This document shows, piece by piece, positions 10,920 to 21,156 of a stretch of 64,000 nt of DNA (its first letter is position 1; each line of letters begins with the position of its first letter). This DNA is from Kofleriaceae bacterium (GTDB lineage Bacteria; Myxococcota_A; Polyangia; Haliangiales; Haliangiaceae). The stretch is taken from contig JBKJLC010000180.1 in the NCBI GenBank assembly GCA_046597055.1, positions 1-64,000 on the forward strand, in the 5' to 3' direction. The translations under genes and the position numbers were made by a program. The notes beneath the pieces are model-generated. The model was given only the letters and a program-made list of their open reading frames with translations. It did no database searches and was not told the origin of the DNA.

Positions 10920-11729
10920 TTACAGCCCGATCCCGAGGATCAGCCGGACCCACGCGCTGCCGCCGGGATCGCCGACCACGGCGCCACGGCCGAGGCGATC
11001 GAGCCGGGCGTAGGCCCCGAGCGACATCCAGTACTCGCCCTTCTGCATCATCAGGGTCGGGCCCAGATAGTGGCGCGCGGTCCGGGTCTCGTCGTCGTCG
11101 CGGTCCGGGTCGGGGCGGTCGAACCGACCGCGGGCCCAGTACTCGACGCCAACCGTCACCGCCGGGTGGGCCTCATACACCACGCCGACGGTCGGGTTGT
11201 AGAGCAGCTTGATCTCGTCGTCGATCCAGTACCACTCCTGCTCGATCCACAGGTTGGCGATCGCGGTCACCGGCCCGAACCGCCGCTCGAGCAGGAGCTT
11301 CTGCTCGAGCTCGAGCTCGTCGCGCATCTCGGCGATCTCGAGGTAGACGCCGACATCGACCGGCCACGCGCCCGGCTCGGACACCCGGTAGCGTAGCCGC
11401 TGCTTGAGTCCCTGGAAGCGCAGCGCGGCGGCATCGACCGACGCATCCTGGCGGAGCTCGGTGTAGAGGCCGAGCTCCAGCCGGTCGGTGAGCCCGAGCT
11501 CCAGCTCGGTCTGGAGCACGTAGCGCGGGGTGGTGACCGCCTCGCTGGTGCCGTCGGGCAGCTCGCGGGCGACCCGCATGGGGATCGCGTCGACGAAGGA
11601 CTCGAGCTCGAGCTCGCCGGCGGGGATCGTGCGGGTGGCGTACGAGAACGGCAGCACCTTGGGGTTGGCGTGGGCCGCGGCGGGCGCCAGCGCGATCGCG
11701 AGGACGACGAGAGGGGGTACAGCGCGCAT
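10920..11729 (-). CDS. Exported protein, probable small outer-membrane beta-barrel (DUF6662-like, tentative)
   Basis: Signal peptide (AAAHA), alternating hydrophobic strands (ELELGLTDRLELGLY, VDVGVYLEI) and a C-terminal WVRLILGIGL. It is the last gene of the imelysin-HTTM operon. Confidence 0.7.
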   Translation of the reverse strand: MRAVPPLVVLAIALAPAAAHANPKVLPFSYATRTIPAGELELESFVDAIPMRVARELPDGTSEAVTTPRYVLQTELELGLTDRLELGLYTELRQDASVDAAALRFQGLKQRLRYRVSEPGAWPVDVGVYLEIAEMRDELELEQKLLLERRFGPVTAIANLWIEQEWYWIDDEIKLLYNPTVGVVYEAHPAVTVGVEYWARGRFDRPDPDRDDDETRTARHYLGPTLMMQKGEYWMSLGAYARLDRLGRGAVVGDPGGSAWVRLILGIGL

Positions 11730-11730
11730 G

Positions 11731-13098
11731 TCACTCCAGGACGGTCGGATGAGGATGGATCCATGGCCGCGGCGCGAGCGCGTCGCGGGCGGTGGCGAGG
11801 TCGACGGTGGGATCGATCAGGCGCGCGCGCGGCCGCCCGTGCAGCGACACAAAGCAGTCGGCGTACACGCGCGGGGTCGCCACGCCCTGGCCGCGCAGGT
11901 CGGCGGCGGCCGCGTGCGCGAACTGCAGGATCAGATCGGGCTGGGTCGCCATCATCGCGGCCTGCACCGGCGTGTAGTAGCGAGCCGGCGAGATGACCCA
12001 GCGGCGTCCGGTCGTCGGGTCGATCGCGCGCAGCTCGCAGGCGCCGCTCTTCTCGACCAGCATGACCTTCCACGCGAACCGGAAGCCCTGCTCGGTCCAC
12101 AGCCCGTCGCCGGGATAGAGATGATGCCGTAGCGGGATCGCGACCTGCAGCGCGCCGTACAGCGCGAGCACGCTGGTCCACCCCCGCGCCGGTGGCGGGT
12201 GCTCGGCGCCCGTCGCGGGCGCGGCCGGCGCCACCGGCCACCAGCGCGCCACCAGCTGGCGTGGCCAGGACGGCGCGAAGAACACCGTCGCCATCGCGGT
12301 CATCACCCACGGGAACAGCCCGAGCTGGAACATCATCCCGGTGACCAGGTGGAAGCCGATCACGGCGGCATAGGCGACCGCGCGGGTACGCCGCCACGAC
12401 AGCCAGCCGACGATCGTCAGATCGAACCCGGCGGCCAGCCACGACGCGGCCAGCGCGACCCACGGCTCGCCGAACAGGCCGCCGAGCAGCGGGAAGTCGG
12501 GGCGCGCCGCGAGCCAGGTCCGCAGCGGCTCGCCGTCGACGAGCCAGCTCGGCTCGAGCTTGGCGATGCCGCCGAAGACGTAGACGCAGCCGACCTGGAA
12601 GCGAACCAGCCACAGCATCCAGGCCGGCATCGTGGCGACCCGGGTCCGGCCCCGGTGGGCGTCGATCGCGAGGGTCGCGCTGGCCGGCACCACCGCGAAC
12701 ACGCCGCACAGCAGCACCAGCAGGTAGTAGTGATTGAGGTACGCGGTGACGTCGCACGCGTGCGCGTACGCCAGCAGGACGCCGTAGCCGAGCGCGGCGA
12801 GCCGGTGGTGGAAGCCGAGCACGAGCGCGACCGCGCACGCGGCCATCAGCCCGAAGTGGACGTACATGCCCGGGTACGGCCACGGCTCGACCCAGCTCAG
12901 CCCGAGGTAGTGGAAGAAGTGACGCGGCTGATAGAACCCCTCGTCGATCCAGCCGTGCGCGAGGTAGCGCACCACCAGCGCGAGCAGCAGCAGGCCGAAC
13001 AGCCCGCGCGCCACCGCCAGCGAGCTCGGATCGATCGGCGCGAGCGGTCGCCAGAACCCGCGCCGCGCCGGCGGCGCCGCGATCCGGTCAATCCCCAT
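11731..13098 (-). CDS. HTTM-domain / vitamin K-dependent gamma-carboxylase-like membrane protein (copy 1)
   Basis: YLNHYYL, VYVFGGIAKLEPSW, FQLGLFPW, LWTEQGFRFAWKVMLVEK, TQPDLILQFA, VSLHGRP..LIDP. Confidence 0.9.
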   Translation of the reverse strand: MGIDRIAAPPARRGFWRPLAPIDPSSLAVARGLFGLLLLALVVRYLAHGWIDEGFYQPRHFFHYLGLSWVEPWPYPGMYVHFGLMAACAVALVLGFHHRLAALGYGVLLAYAHACDVTAYLNHYYLLVLLCGVFAVVPASATLAIDAHRGRTRVATMPAWMLWLVRFQVGCVYVFGGIAKLEPSWLVDGEPLRTWLAARPDFPLLGGLFGEPWVALAASWLAAGFDLTIVGWLSWRRTRAVAYAAVIGFHLVTGMMFQLGLFPWVMTAMATVFFAPSWPRQLVARWWPVAPAAPATGAEHPPPARGWTSVLALYGALQVAIPLRHHLYPGDGLWTEQGFRFAWKVMLVEKSGACELRAIDPTTGRRWVISPARYYTPVQAAMMATQPDLILQFAHAAAADLRGQGVATPRVYADCFVSLHGRPRARLIDPTVDLATARDALAPRPWIHPHPTVLE

Positions 13099-14143
13099 CG
13101 TTGTCGTTGAACGAGAGGGTGGCCCCGAGCGCCGACACCACCTCGGCCTGGTAGGTCATCTTCAAGGCGCGCGCGGCGACCCACGCCGCGTCGACCGCGG
13201 GCGCCTGCTGCGCGACCGCGTCGGTCAGCGGGCGCGGCATCGCCAGCACCGCGGCGCGCGCGGCGGCCAGCTCGGCCTGCACCCGCTGCTCGACCGCGGG
13301 TCGGTGGTCGGCGATCAGGTCGCCCAGGCGCGGCCCGTCCCCCTCGAGGATCGCGGCGAGGCCGTCATAGGCGGCGACCACGTCGGCGGCGCCGTGGTCG
13401 CTCCACGGCGACTCGACCAGGCCCGGCTGGGGCACGCCGCCGGTCATCGAGCCCAGCGGCTTGCCGAGCCGACCGTCGGCCACGTTCTCGGCGAGGAACA
13501 CCTGGGCGTTGACGACCGCGTCGACCCCGTCCTTGATGGTCGCGAACGGCGCGCCCGGCGCCCCGACCGCGACGAAGCGCCCCGCGTAGCCGTGGTTCCA
13601 CGCGGCCGCCAGCGCGGCGGTGTCGGCCGCGATCGCGTCGAGCACCGCGATCAGGTAGGCCTGGCGCCGCGGCTCGGCCAGCGCGCCCACCACGTCGCCG
13701 CCACCGGGCGCGGCGAACAGCAGGTACTCGGCGATCGCCATGCCCTTCTTGTTGCCGCCCTGGGCGTCGATCAGCGCGCGATCGACCGGCACGGCGTCGG
13801 CGATCAGCGCCTCGACCGCGAGCGGATCGACCGGCCACTGCGCGACCCGGCCCTCGTAGAGGTCGTCGCGCACCGGCCCCAGCCGATATGCCTGGGTGCG
13901 CATCCACGCGACCCGCAGCGCGCGCCAGCGGGCCTGCAGCTCGGTGAGGCCGGGCGGGTCGAGCGCTGGCACCGCCGCGCGCGCCGCGGTGGCCAGCTCG
14001 CCGGCGCGCCCGGCGAGGTCGGCGTAGCCGGGCACGATCACCTCGTCGCCGATCGCGCGCAGCACCTCCTTGCGCGGGCCATCGCCGAGCGGGATCGGGC
14101 TGCACGCGGCCAGCAGCACCGTCACCAGCGCCGCGCGGTTCAC
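13088..14143 (-). CDS. Imelysin-family lipoprotein (IrpA-operon partner)
   Basis: GTG start overlaps the DHOR stop. Lipobox LAAC, KGMAIAEYLLF, RLGKPLG..VESPWS and C-terminal SFNDNDGD. The ORF track extends the frame upstream spuriously. Confidence 0.85.
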   Translation of the reverse strand: MNRAALVTVLLAACSPIPLGDGPRKEVLRAIGDEVIVPGYADLAGRAGELATAARAAVPALDPPGLTELQARWRALRVAWMRTQAYRLGPVRDDLYEGRVAQWPVDPLAVEALIADAVPVDRALIDAQGGNKKGMAIAEYLLFAAPGGGDVVGALAEPRRQAYLIAVLDAIAADTAALAAAWNHGYAGRFVAVGAPGAPFATIKDGVDAVVNAQVFLAENVADGRLGKPLGSMTGGVPQPGLVESPWSDHGAADVVAAYDGLAAILEGDGPRLGDLIADHRPAVEQRVQAELAAARAAVLAMPRPLTDAVAQQAPAVDAAWVAARALKMTYQAEVVSALGATLSFNDNDGD

Positions 14144-15537
14144 AGCGACTCCAGGAAGGCGAGCAGCTCGGCCCGCTCGCTCGCGGTCATCGCGAGGAAC
14201 GCGCGCTGGGCGGCGGAGGCCTCGCCGCCGTGCCAGAGGATCGCCTCGGCGAGATCGCGCGCGCGGCCGTCGTGCAGGAACAGCGTGTGGCCGTTGACGG
14301 TCTCGACCAGGCCGATGCCCCACAGCGGCGGGGTCCGCCACTCGTCGCCGGTGGCCTGGTGCTCGGGGCGACCATCGGCGAGCTCGGGGCCGAGATCGTG
14401 GAGCAGCAGATCGGTGTAAGGGCGGATCTCCACACCGGCGAGCTCGGGCACCCGCGCGATCACCCCGCCCTCGCCGGTGATCCAGGTCGGCCGGTGACAG
14501 CCAGCGCAGCCGGCGGCGGCGAACCGCGCCTTGCCGGCCAGCACGTCGGGCTCGCGCACGTGGCGCCGCCCGGGCGCGGCCAGGGTCTGACCGTACACGG
14601 TGACGTCGTCGAGCTTGTCGTCGTCGAGCTCGGCCGGACCGGCGCCCTCGCCGCCGGGCGCGCTTGCGCACGCGATCTGGGCCGGCGGACAATCTTGCTG
14701 CGGAAACAGGCTCGAGGTGATGCCGATGTCTCCGACGAACGCGCCGGCGCTCTGCTGGCGGACGCTCGGCTGGCCGGCCTTCCAGCCGAACCGCCCGATC
14801 ACGGCCCTGGCCTGACCGACATCCCAGACCCGGTTGACGCGACCGCTGAGGCCATCGCCGTCGGCGTCGGCGGGATCCTCGCCCGCGAGCAGGTCGGCGT
14901 CGTCGATGCTCTCGAGCAGCCCGAGCCCGGCCACGACCGGTGCCACCCGCGCCGAGGTCAGCGTGCCCGGCTCCATCGCGCCGAAGGCGAGGCCCTCGAA
15001 GGTCAAGCGCGGCCGCCGCAGCGTGTACGGCGTGCCGTCGTCGTAGCGGCCGGCGACCTCGTCCCATCCGATCACGGCGGTGCCCTCGCCGGGCACGCCG
15101 AGGATCCCGCGCGGGTTGAGCTGGCCGCCATAGCTGGTCTCACCACGCGGCCCGCCATGCAGGTCGGTGCCGGGCACCGACAGCCGGATCAGCATCGACT
15201 CCATCGGCGCGCCATCGACGGGCGGCCGACCCCGGCCGTCGAGGAAGTGACAGCTCGAGCACGACGCGGCGTTGAAGGTGGGCCCGAGGCCGTCGAGCCC
15301 CTCGGTCGACGACGGCGCGGTCACCCAGTTGCGATTGAACAGCGAGTTGCCGACGAAGAACGGGTCCTTGCGCACGCCGTCGAGGACCGGGAACGGGCGC
15401 GAGAACGCGGTGCGGGTGCTGTCGAACGCGGTGCCGCCGACCCCGCCGGCGTACTCCTCGCCGGCCTCGTAGCCGGCGGCGTCGTCGCTGCACCCGGCCG
15501 CCATCAGCCCGATCGCGATCAGCGCGCGGCGCCTCAC
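14140..15537 (-). CDS. Di-heme oxidoreductase (DHOR/DUF1111) lipoprotein
   Basis: DGLGPTFNAASCSSCH, GRFGWKAG, CAGCH, PYTDLLLHDLG, WRTPPLWGIG and LHDGRAR..EAILWHGGE. Confidence 0.93.
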   Translation of the reverse strand: MRRRALIAIGLMAAGCSDDAAGYEAGEEYAGGVGGTAFDSTRTAFSRPFPVLDGVRKDPFFVGNSLFNRNWVTAPSSTEGLDGLGPTFNAASCSSCHFLDGRGRPPVDGAPMESMLIRLSVPGTDLHGGPRGETSYGGQLNPRGILGVPGEGTAVIGWDEVAGRYDDGTPYTLRRPRLTFEGLAFGAMEPGTLTSARVAPVVAGLGLLESIDDADLLAGEDPADADGDGLSGRVNRVWDVGQARAVIGRFGWKAGQPSVRQQSAGAFVGDIGITSSLFPQQDCPPAQIACASAPGGEGAGPAELDDDKLDDVTVYGQTLAAPGRRHVREPDVLAGKARFAAAGCAGCHRPTWITGEGGVIARVPELAGVEIRPYTDLLLHDLGPELADGRPEHQATGDEWRTPPLWGIGLVETVNGHTLFLHDGRARDLAEAILWHGGEASAAQRAFLAMTASERAELLAFLESL

Positions 15538-16697
15538 AGCTCGGTCGACACCGGCACGTCGAGGGCCTCCGCGACCTCGACGACCGTGTCGCCGATCGCC
15601 TGGACCGCGCGGATCGCGGCCAGGACCTGGGTCCGCCCCGCATCGGCATCCGCCCCGAGGATCGCCTGATCGAACGGACCCGGGATCGCCGCCATCGCGC
15701 GGGTGGCCGCGGCCAGCTGATCAGCCATCCGCGTCGCCAGCTCCGGATCGCGCGCGGTGACCAGCTCGTGCAGCGCGGGCCCGGGCCCGGGGCCAGCGCC
15801 CCGCCCGAACCAGACGGCCTCGATCCCGGCGAGGTTGCCGGTCAGATCGTCGAGCGTGGTGTCGGAGAAGCACGAGTGCTCGTCCTCCTGGTCCTTGTTC
15901 TCGTACGCGGTCAGCATGCGCTCGCCCGACAGCTCGGACGCCGACAGCGTGCCGAGGCCGGTGAGGATGCGGGTCAGCGACTCGACCGGCGCGCCGGTGA
16001 ACGTGGCGCGGTAGTCGCCGCTGGCGCTCCACCGCGCCGCGACGTGATCGAGATCGGCGACCAGCAGATCCGACACCGTGGTCAGGTACCCGCGGCGACG
16101 CGCCTGGTTGGCGGCGGTGCCCCCATCGACGAAGTCGGTATGCGGGCGCGCGCCCGGGCCGGCGGTCGACTGGTCCTGCCCCCACAGCAAGAACTCGATG
16201 GCATGGAAGCCGACCGCGACGTTGGACTCGCCGCCGACGAAGTTGATCGAGGTCAGGGTGGCGGCGTCGAGCGTCGGGAACCCGGTCGCATCGTTGATGA
16301 CGCCGGCGCTCGGGTTGCCGTCGACGTAGTCGACGTAGGCCTCGTCCATCGGCCACGCGTTGATGCGCGGCTCGCGCTCGTCGTCGGGATCGTCGATCGG
16401 CCCGCCGTAGAACCGCAGCGCCTCGGTCTGGCGGTAGGGCGCCCGGGCGGCGATCCAGGCGGCGCGCGCCGCGGCCAGCGTGGTCGGCGACGGCGCGGCG
16501 ACGAAGGCGTCGATCGCGGCATCGAGCGCGTGGCCCTGGACCGCGACGTCGGCATACAGCGCCGCCGCGAGGTCGGCGTGATGGTCGATCATCGGCTGCG
16601 CCCGGACGGCGAGCCCGTCCTCGGTGTCGCCGCCGCATGCGGCCACGAGGAGCCCGGCGCTGGCGGTGAGCGCCGTCACAAGCGGTCGGTACGTCAT
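15534..16697 (-). CDS. Imelysin / iron-regulated protein A lipoprotein
   Basis: Lipobox VAAC, RINAWPMDEAYVDY, GFHAIEFLLWGQD, ELSGERM and QEDEHSCFSD. Confidence 0.93.
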   Translation of the reverse strand: MTYRPLVTALTASAGLLVAACGGDTEDGLAVRAQPMIDHHADLAAALYADVAVQGHALDAAIDAFVAAPSPTTLAAARAAWIAARAPYRQTEALRFYGGPIDDPDDEREPRINAWPMDEAYVDYVDGNPSAGVINDATGFPTLDAATLTSINFVGGESNVAVGFHAIEFLLWGQDQSTAGPGARPHTDFVDGGTAANQARRRGYLTTVSDLLVADLDHVAARWSASGDYRATFTGAPVESLTRILTGLGTLSASELSGERMLTAYENKDQEDEHSCFSDTTLDDLTGNLAGIEAVWFGRGAGPGPGPALHELVTARDPELATRMADQLAAATRAMAAIPGPFDQAILGADADAGRTQVLAAIRAVQAIGDTVVEVAEALDVPVSTEL

Positions 16698-16717
16698 CCG
16701 CCAGACGTATCAGAAAT

Positions 16718-16732
16718 CGAAAACGAATGTCA
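16718..16732. promoter_or_regulatory. Fur-box-like site 3
   Basis: CGAAAAC-G-AATGTCA followed by AACTCA, about 20 nt upstream of the imelysin start. Confidence 0.6.
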
Positions 16733-16867
16733 AACTCAAGATCGTCGAGGCCGCGTCAGCCTCGATGCCCGGGCGCTCACATCGAGACGGGTGTGATCAC
16801 GCCGTCGATGTTGACGCCGCGGGCGAGGTCGCCGCCCCGCCGTGTGTGGGCCGGCGAGGCCGCGCGG

Positions 16868-17884
16868 CTACGGCGCGTGCTCGGCGAGCGAGACCACCGC
16901 CGGTCGCTCGAAGTCCGTGCGCCAGTGGATCGTCAAGCGACGACCGTCGGACTCGACGGCGAGGCCGCCGAGCTCGCCGTCCGGCACGAGCTCCCAGAGC
17001 GCGACCTCGCAGAACGCCAGCCACTCGTCCGCGCTACGGCCGGTCGGAGGCGGACTCGGCTGGCAGAACCAGTCGAGCGACACGTCGGCGTCGCGCAGGC
17101 GCTGCGGCACCGAATCGAGCACCTCGTGACGCGCGCGGGTCTCGCTCGTGAGGTAGCCGCGCAGCGCGACCGCGGCGTCGAGGTAGCCGAGGAGCACGGG
17201 CAGCTTCCACTGCTCGAGCGCCGTTCGCTTGTCGGCGAGCCGCTCGTCCGACAGGAGGCCATGCCACTCGAGCGCGCCCAGCACGGCCTTGCGCTCGCCG
17301 ACGAGCGCGGCCTGCGGTGCGCCGGTCGTGGCGGCCGCCGCGGCGGCGTCGAGCGCGGCCGCGCGCCGCTCGAGAGCCACCATGTCGGCGCGATCGGTCG
17401 CACTGGCAGCTCGACCGGTCGGGGTCTGTGTGAACAGCTCGGCGGGCGACGCCGGCGACGTCGGCGCCGCGGCAGCGGGCGTCGCGGGGCGCGGCCACCG
17501 CGCCGCCTCGCGCCGCAGCTCGGTGAGCGCGTTCAGGAGCGCGAGCAGGGTCGCGCGTGGCACCACGAAGCTCGGCTGGGTCATCACCGACGTGGCGAGG
17601 ACGAGGTCGTCACCGGGCTCGTCACCGCCGAGCTCGTTCCAGAGCGCGCGCGACGCGTCGGACGCCTCGGCCCGGGACACGCGCATCACGCCGAAACCGT
17701 TGCGGTGAACGCTGTCCCCGCGGGTGAGCGCATCGACGAGCTCGGGCAGCTCGCCGTCGAGCCAGACGTTCACGACCCAGGCCAGCGGCTCGAACGCGCC
17801 GCGCGCGTCGAGCGTGGGGCCGGTCCAGCCGTCGACGATCGGGAAGCGCACGCCGTCCACGGTCAGGAAGGGAGGCACGATCAT
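16868..17884 (-). CDS. Hypothetical protein (338 aa), candidate immunity protein
   Basis: The frame reads as coding from MIVPPFLTVDG and starts 7 nt after the stop of a toxin-like tip. No known motif was recognised. Confidence 0.65.
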   Translation of the reverse strand: MIVPPFLTVDGVRFPIVDGWTGPTLDARGAFEPLAWVVNVWLDGELPELVDALTRGDSVHRNGFGVMRVSRAEASDASRALWNELGGDEPGDDLVLATSVMTQPSFVVPRATLLALLNALTELRREAARWPRPATPAAAAPTSPASPAELFTQTPTGRAASATDRADMVALERRAAALDAAAAAATTGAPQAALVGERKAVLGALEWHGLLSDERLADKRTALEQWKLPVLLGYLDAAVALRGYLTSETRARHEVLDSVPQRLRDADVSLDWFCQPSPPPTGRSADEWLAFCEVALWELVPDGELGGLAVESDGRRLTIHWRTDFERPAVVSLAEHAP

Positions 17885-17891
17885 GGGATGC

Positions 17892-20800
17892 TCATAGCTT
17901 GGGGTAGATCGTGTTGAGCCTCCAGTGCGGAGGCGGTCCGGCGGTGAACAGGTAGCCGCCCTCGTAGGCGATGCCGGCGGCGTTGCGCGGCGTCGTGAAG
18001 CGCGGCTGCGTCGCGGCGAGGCCGGTCGGCGGGGGACCAGCCGTGAAGTTCGCGCTGCGCCAGGCCTCCCACGCCAGCTCGGCGTCGCGCACGTACGGCT
18101 GCAGCGCATCGGCGGTGGTCTTCGGCACGCCGGCGACATCCCACAGCGCCTGCTCCGCGGGCCCGAAGCTCGAGCCGCCCGGTCGCCGCGCATCGCCGAC
18201 CGGTGAGCGCCATCGTCGTGACGACGCGGATCAACAGCATCCGCTTCTGATCGGCGGTGAGCGTCGGGTCGCCGACGATGCTCGAGATCGCCTGGATGCT
18301 CTCGACGCTGACCAGCACGGCGGCGACGCCGGAGCCGACGAAGTTGGTCCACAGCACGAACCGGGACGCCTGCCCCATGACGTTCACGGCCTGTGCCCCG
18401 GCCGCCAGCCCGCGGATCGCCGCGCCGCCGGCGACGAAGCTCGTGACGATGCCGACGATGTCGAGCGCGACGCCGGTCGGGCTGAGCTCGGCGTGCTGCA
18501 GCCGCTCGGCGAGGCTGAGCGCGCCGGCGGCGACACCAGCCGCCGCGGAACCGATGAGCAGCAGCGCCACCGCGACCGACCCGCCGCCGGTGAACGGCGC
18601 CGCCACCACCGCCGCGCCGAGGAGGACCAGCGAGGCCAGGCCGAAGCGGCTCGGCCAGCTGTCGAGCTGGGTCTCGCCGGTGGTCACGATCTCGTGCTCG
18701 GCCGTGGGGATCGCGGCGCCGTTCGGGCCGAGGTGGTTGTTCGCCGGCACCCGGAGCCGGATCACGCCTCGCAGATGGTGGTTGCGCGCGCGGAACTCGG
18801 CGAGCGCGAGGTCGAAGGTCGCGCCGTGGAACTCGAGCTGATGATGCTCGGGATCGAGGCCCGGCGTGAGGTCGACGATCGTGATGCCGTGCGCCGACGG
18901 TCCGGCGAACAGCTGCAGCCGGTTAGTGGTCGCCGCCTCGACGGCGACGTGCACGGCCGTGAGCGGCGTGCGGCTCTCCGGGCGCAACCGGCCGGCGAGG
19001 CCCTCGGCCCGCGCCATGTAGGCCTCGAGCTTCTCGAGGTCGCGGCGCTCGGCATCGTTGAGGACCGTCTGGAGGTAGCGCGCCTCGCTGAGGCGCTGGC
19101 CGCTGGCGTCGAGGACGCGGCAGACGACGACGAAGACGTTGTGCTCGGTCGATGGCATCTGGGCCGTGACGCCGGTGCCGAGATCGAAGTAGCCGCCTTG
19201 GCCGTCGAGGCTGACCGTGCGCAGGTTGCCGAACCCCGGCGAGCGGTCGCGGTGGTAGGGCAGTGTCTGCGGGTTGAGCGCCTTCACGTACCAGTGATAG
19301 GTGCTCGTCGGCGGGGCCGGCGAGGTCGCCGTCCGCGCGACCGAGAAAGAAATGTCCGGTCCGCGATCGGTGACCGACGCGGGGTTTGGGGAGGTGGTGT
19401 CGATGCGGTAGTCGCCGGAGGCCTGCTGGCTCGGCCCGGGCGGCCGGAGGAGTGCGCGCTGGATCTCGAGCGGGCTGCGCATCTCCTCGTACGAGTTGTC
19501 GGCGACACCCGGCAGCAGCGACCGGGCGTGTGCGCCGGCATCGACCGCGGTGAAGGTCTGCTCGATCGGAAACACCTGGCGATCGCCGCCGAGCGCGCCG
19601 CTCTGGACGATCACGCTGCTCCTCATCCGGTAGGTGCCAGGCTCGGTGATCGGCAGCCGCACCATCTCGACCGACGGCGACCAGTCGATGCGGCCCGACG
19701 GATACGTCAGCTGCCACTCGCCGGCGAACGTGACCTGACTCCCCGTCTGGACCGGGCGCCGAAGGGTGAACCGGAGGTTCATCCCGACGACCGCCGGCTG
19801 CCCGGGCGCCAGCGCCGGCGACATGTCGATGCCGACCCGGTGCCGGCGCGCGAGGTCGGCCGCCTGCTGCTCGGTGACCGTCGGCGGCGGATCGACGCAG
19901 CGTGACAGCCGCATGCCCGAGGATATGGCGGGTCGAGCACGGCCGGTCAGCGCGCCGGCGACGCCCTTCACGCCGCCGTAGAGCCGGGCGAGCACCGACG
20001 TCGCCGCCTCGTCGGCGTCGTCCTCGTGCGCGGGCACGGGGTCGGTCGCGAGCGGGCGGTGCTGCGCGGCGGCCGGCGCGCCCCGCTGCTGGACCACGTG
20101 CGCGAGCTCGTGCGCGAGCAGCGCGTCACCGGCGACCGTGTCGGGCTGGTAGGCGCCGGGCGCGAATGCGATCTGGTTACCGACCGTGACCGCGACGGCG
20201 CCGTGCTCGCCGGCCAGCGCGGCGGCGCGCGCGTCGGTATGGACCCGCACGTCGCTCAGCGACTCGCCGTAGGTGTCGGCGGCCGCCTCGACGACCGCCG
20301 CCGGTGCCGGCGCGCCGTCGCCGAGCTGCCGGGTCACGTCGGCCGGCGTGATCGCGAGGCCCGCGGGTCGCGGGGCCATCGCGAGCGCCTCCGCCGGCAG
20401 GCGGCCGCTGTCGCGCCAGGCCCGCACGCCATGGCGGACGCGTTCGACGACGAACGGCACCAGCCCCGCGGCGGCGTCGAGCCCGCGCGTGCCGCCGCCC
20501 GCGTAGTGGCGGAGCGCGCGCTCGAGGTGCTCGGCGTCGCGCTGCTGGTAGTAGGCGACGATGTGTGCGAGGTACGGGCAGCCCTCGGTCGACCGCTCGG
20601 GCGCCAGCTCCGCGTCGGCAGCCTCGGTGATCGCGGCGTGGAGCACCGCGACGAAGTCGCCACGGCGCAGCTGGCCAGGCCGGAGCTCGTCGTCGGGAGC
20701 GGCGTCGTCGACGATCAGCCGCCGGCTCGGCGGGAGGCGCTCCAGTCGCCGGGTCGCGACCGTGCGCCCGGGTGCGACCGCCGGCGGCGCGTTCGACGGC

Positions 20801-20952
20801 GCGTCGAGCTCTTGCAGGGCGATCGCGAGCGCGTCGAGCCAGGGCCAGCCGACGACCATGAGCTCGCCCACGCGGGCGTCGAGATCGTCTTCCTGCTCGT
20901 CGCGACGACCGTCGCCTCGGTGCTGGTACAGGGGGCCCACCATACGCACCAT
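17892..20952 (-). pseudogene. DUF4157 (eCIS-core) protein / polymorphic toxin with a frame break at about 18200
   Basis: DVRVHTD..AVTVGNQIAF..LLAHELAHVVQQ, followed by a long hydrophobic Gly/Ala helical region (AAPFTGGGS). After MALTG the frame turns Arg-rich, while another frame gives a plausible C-terminal domain ending WRLNTIYPKL*. Confidence 0.7.
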
Positions 20953-21156
20953 GACGGTATCGGCTGCCGGGTGGCAAAGGCTGGAAAGCGCCGCGCCGAC
21001 GTGTGCGCGTCAGTGCTCGAAAGGACACGGCGCGGGGACCGGCGCGGCGCGGCGCGGACCGTCCGAGCACATGTCGCCGGCGGCGGCGCGGTTCGATCGC
21101 GAGCGAAACATGAAGACGCCCCTGCTGGACTAGGCGCGCCGACCAGCGCGGCCAGT

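Noticed and set aside
16740..21150. Transposon or integrative-element boundaries around the DUF4157 cassette
   Set aside because: No transposase, integrase, terminal inverted repeats or target duplication could be found by eye.
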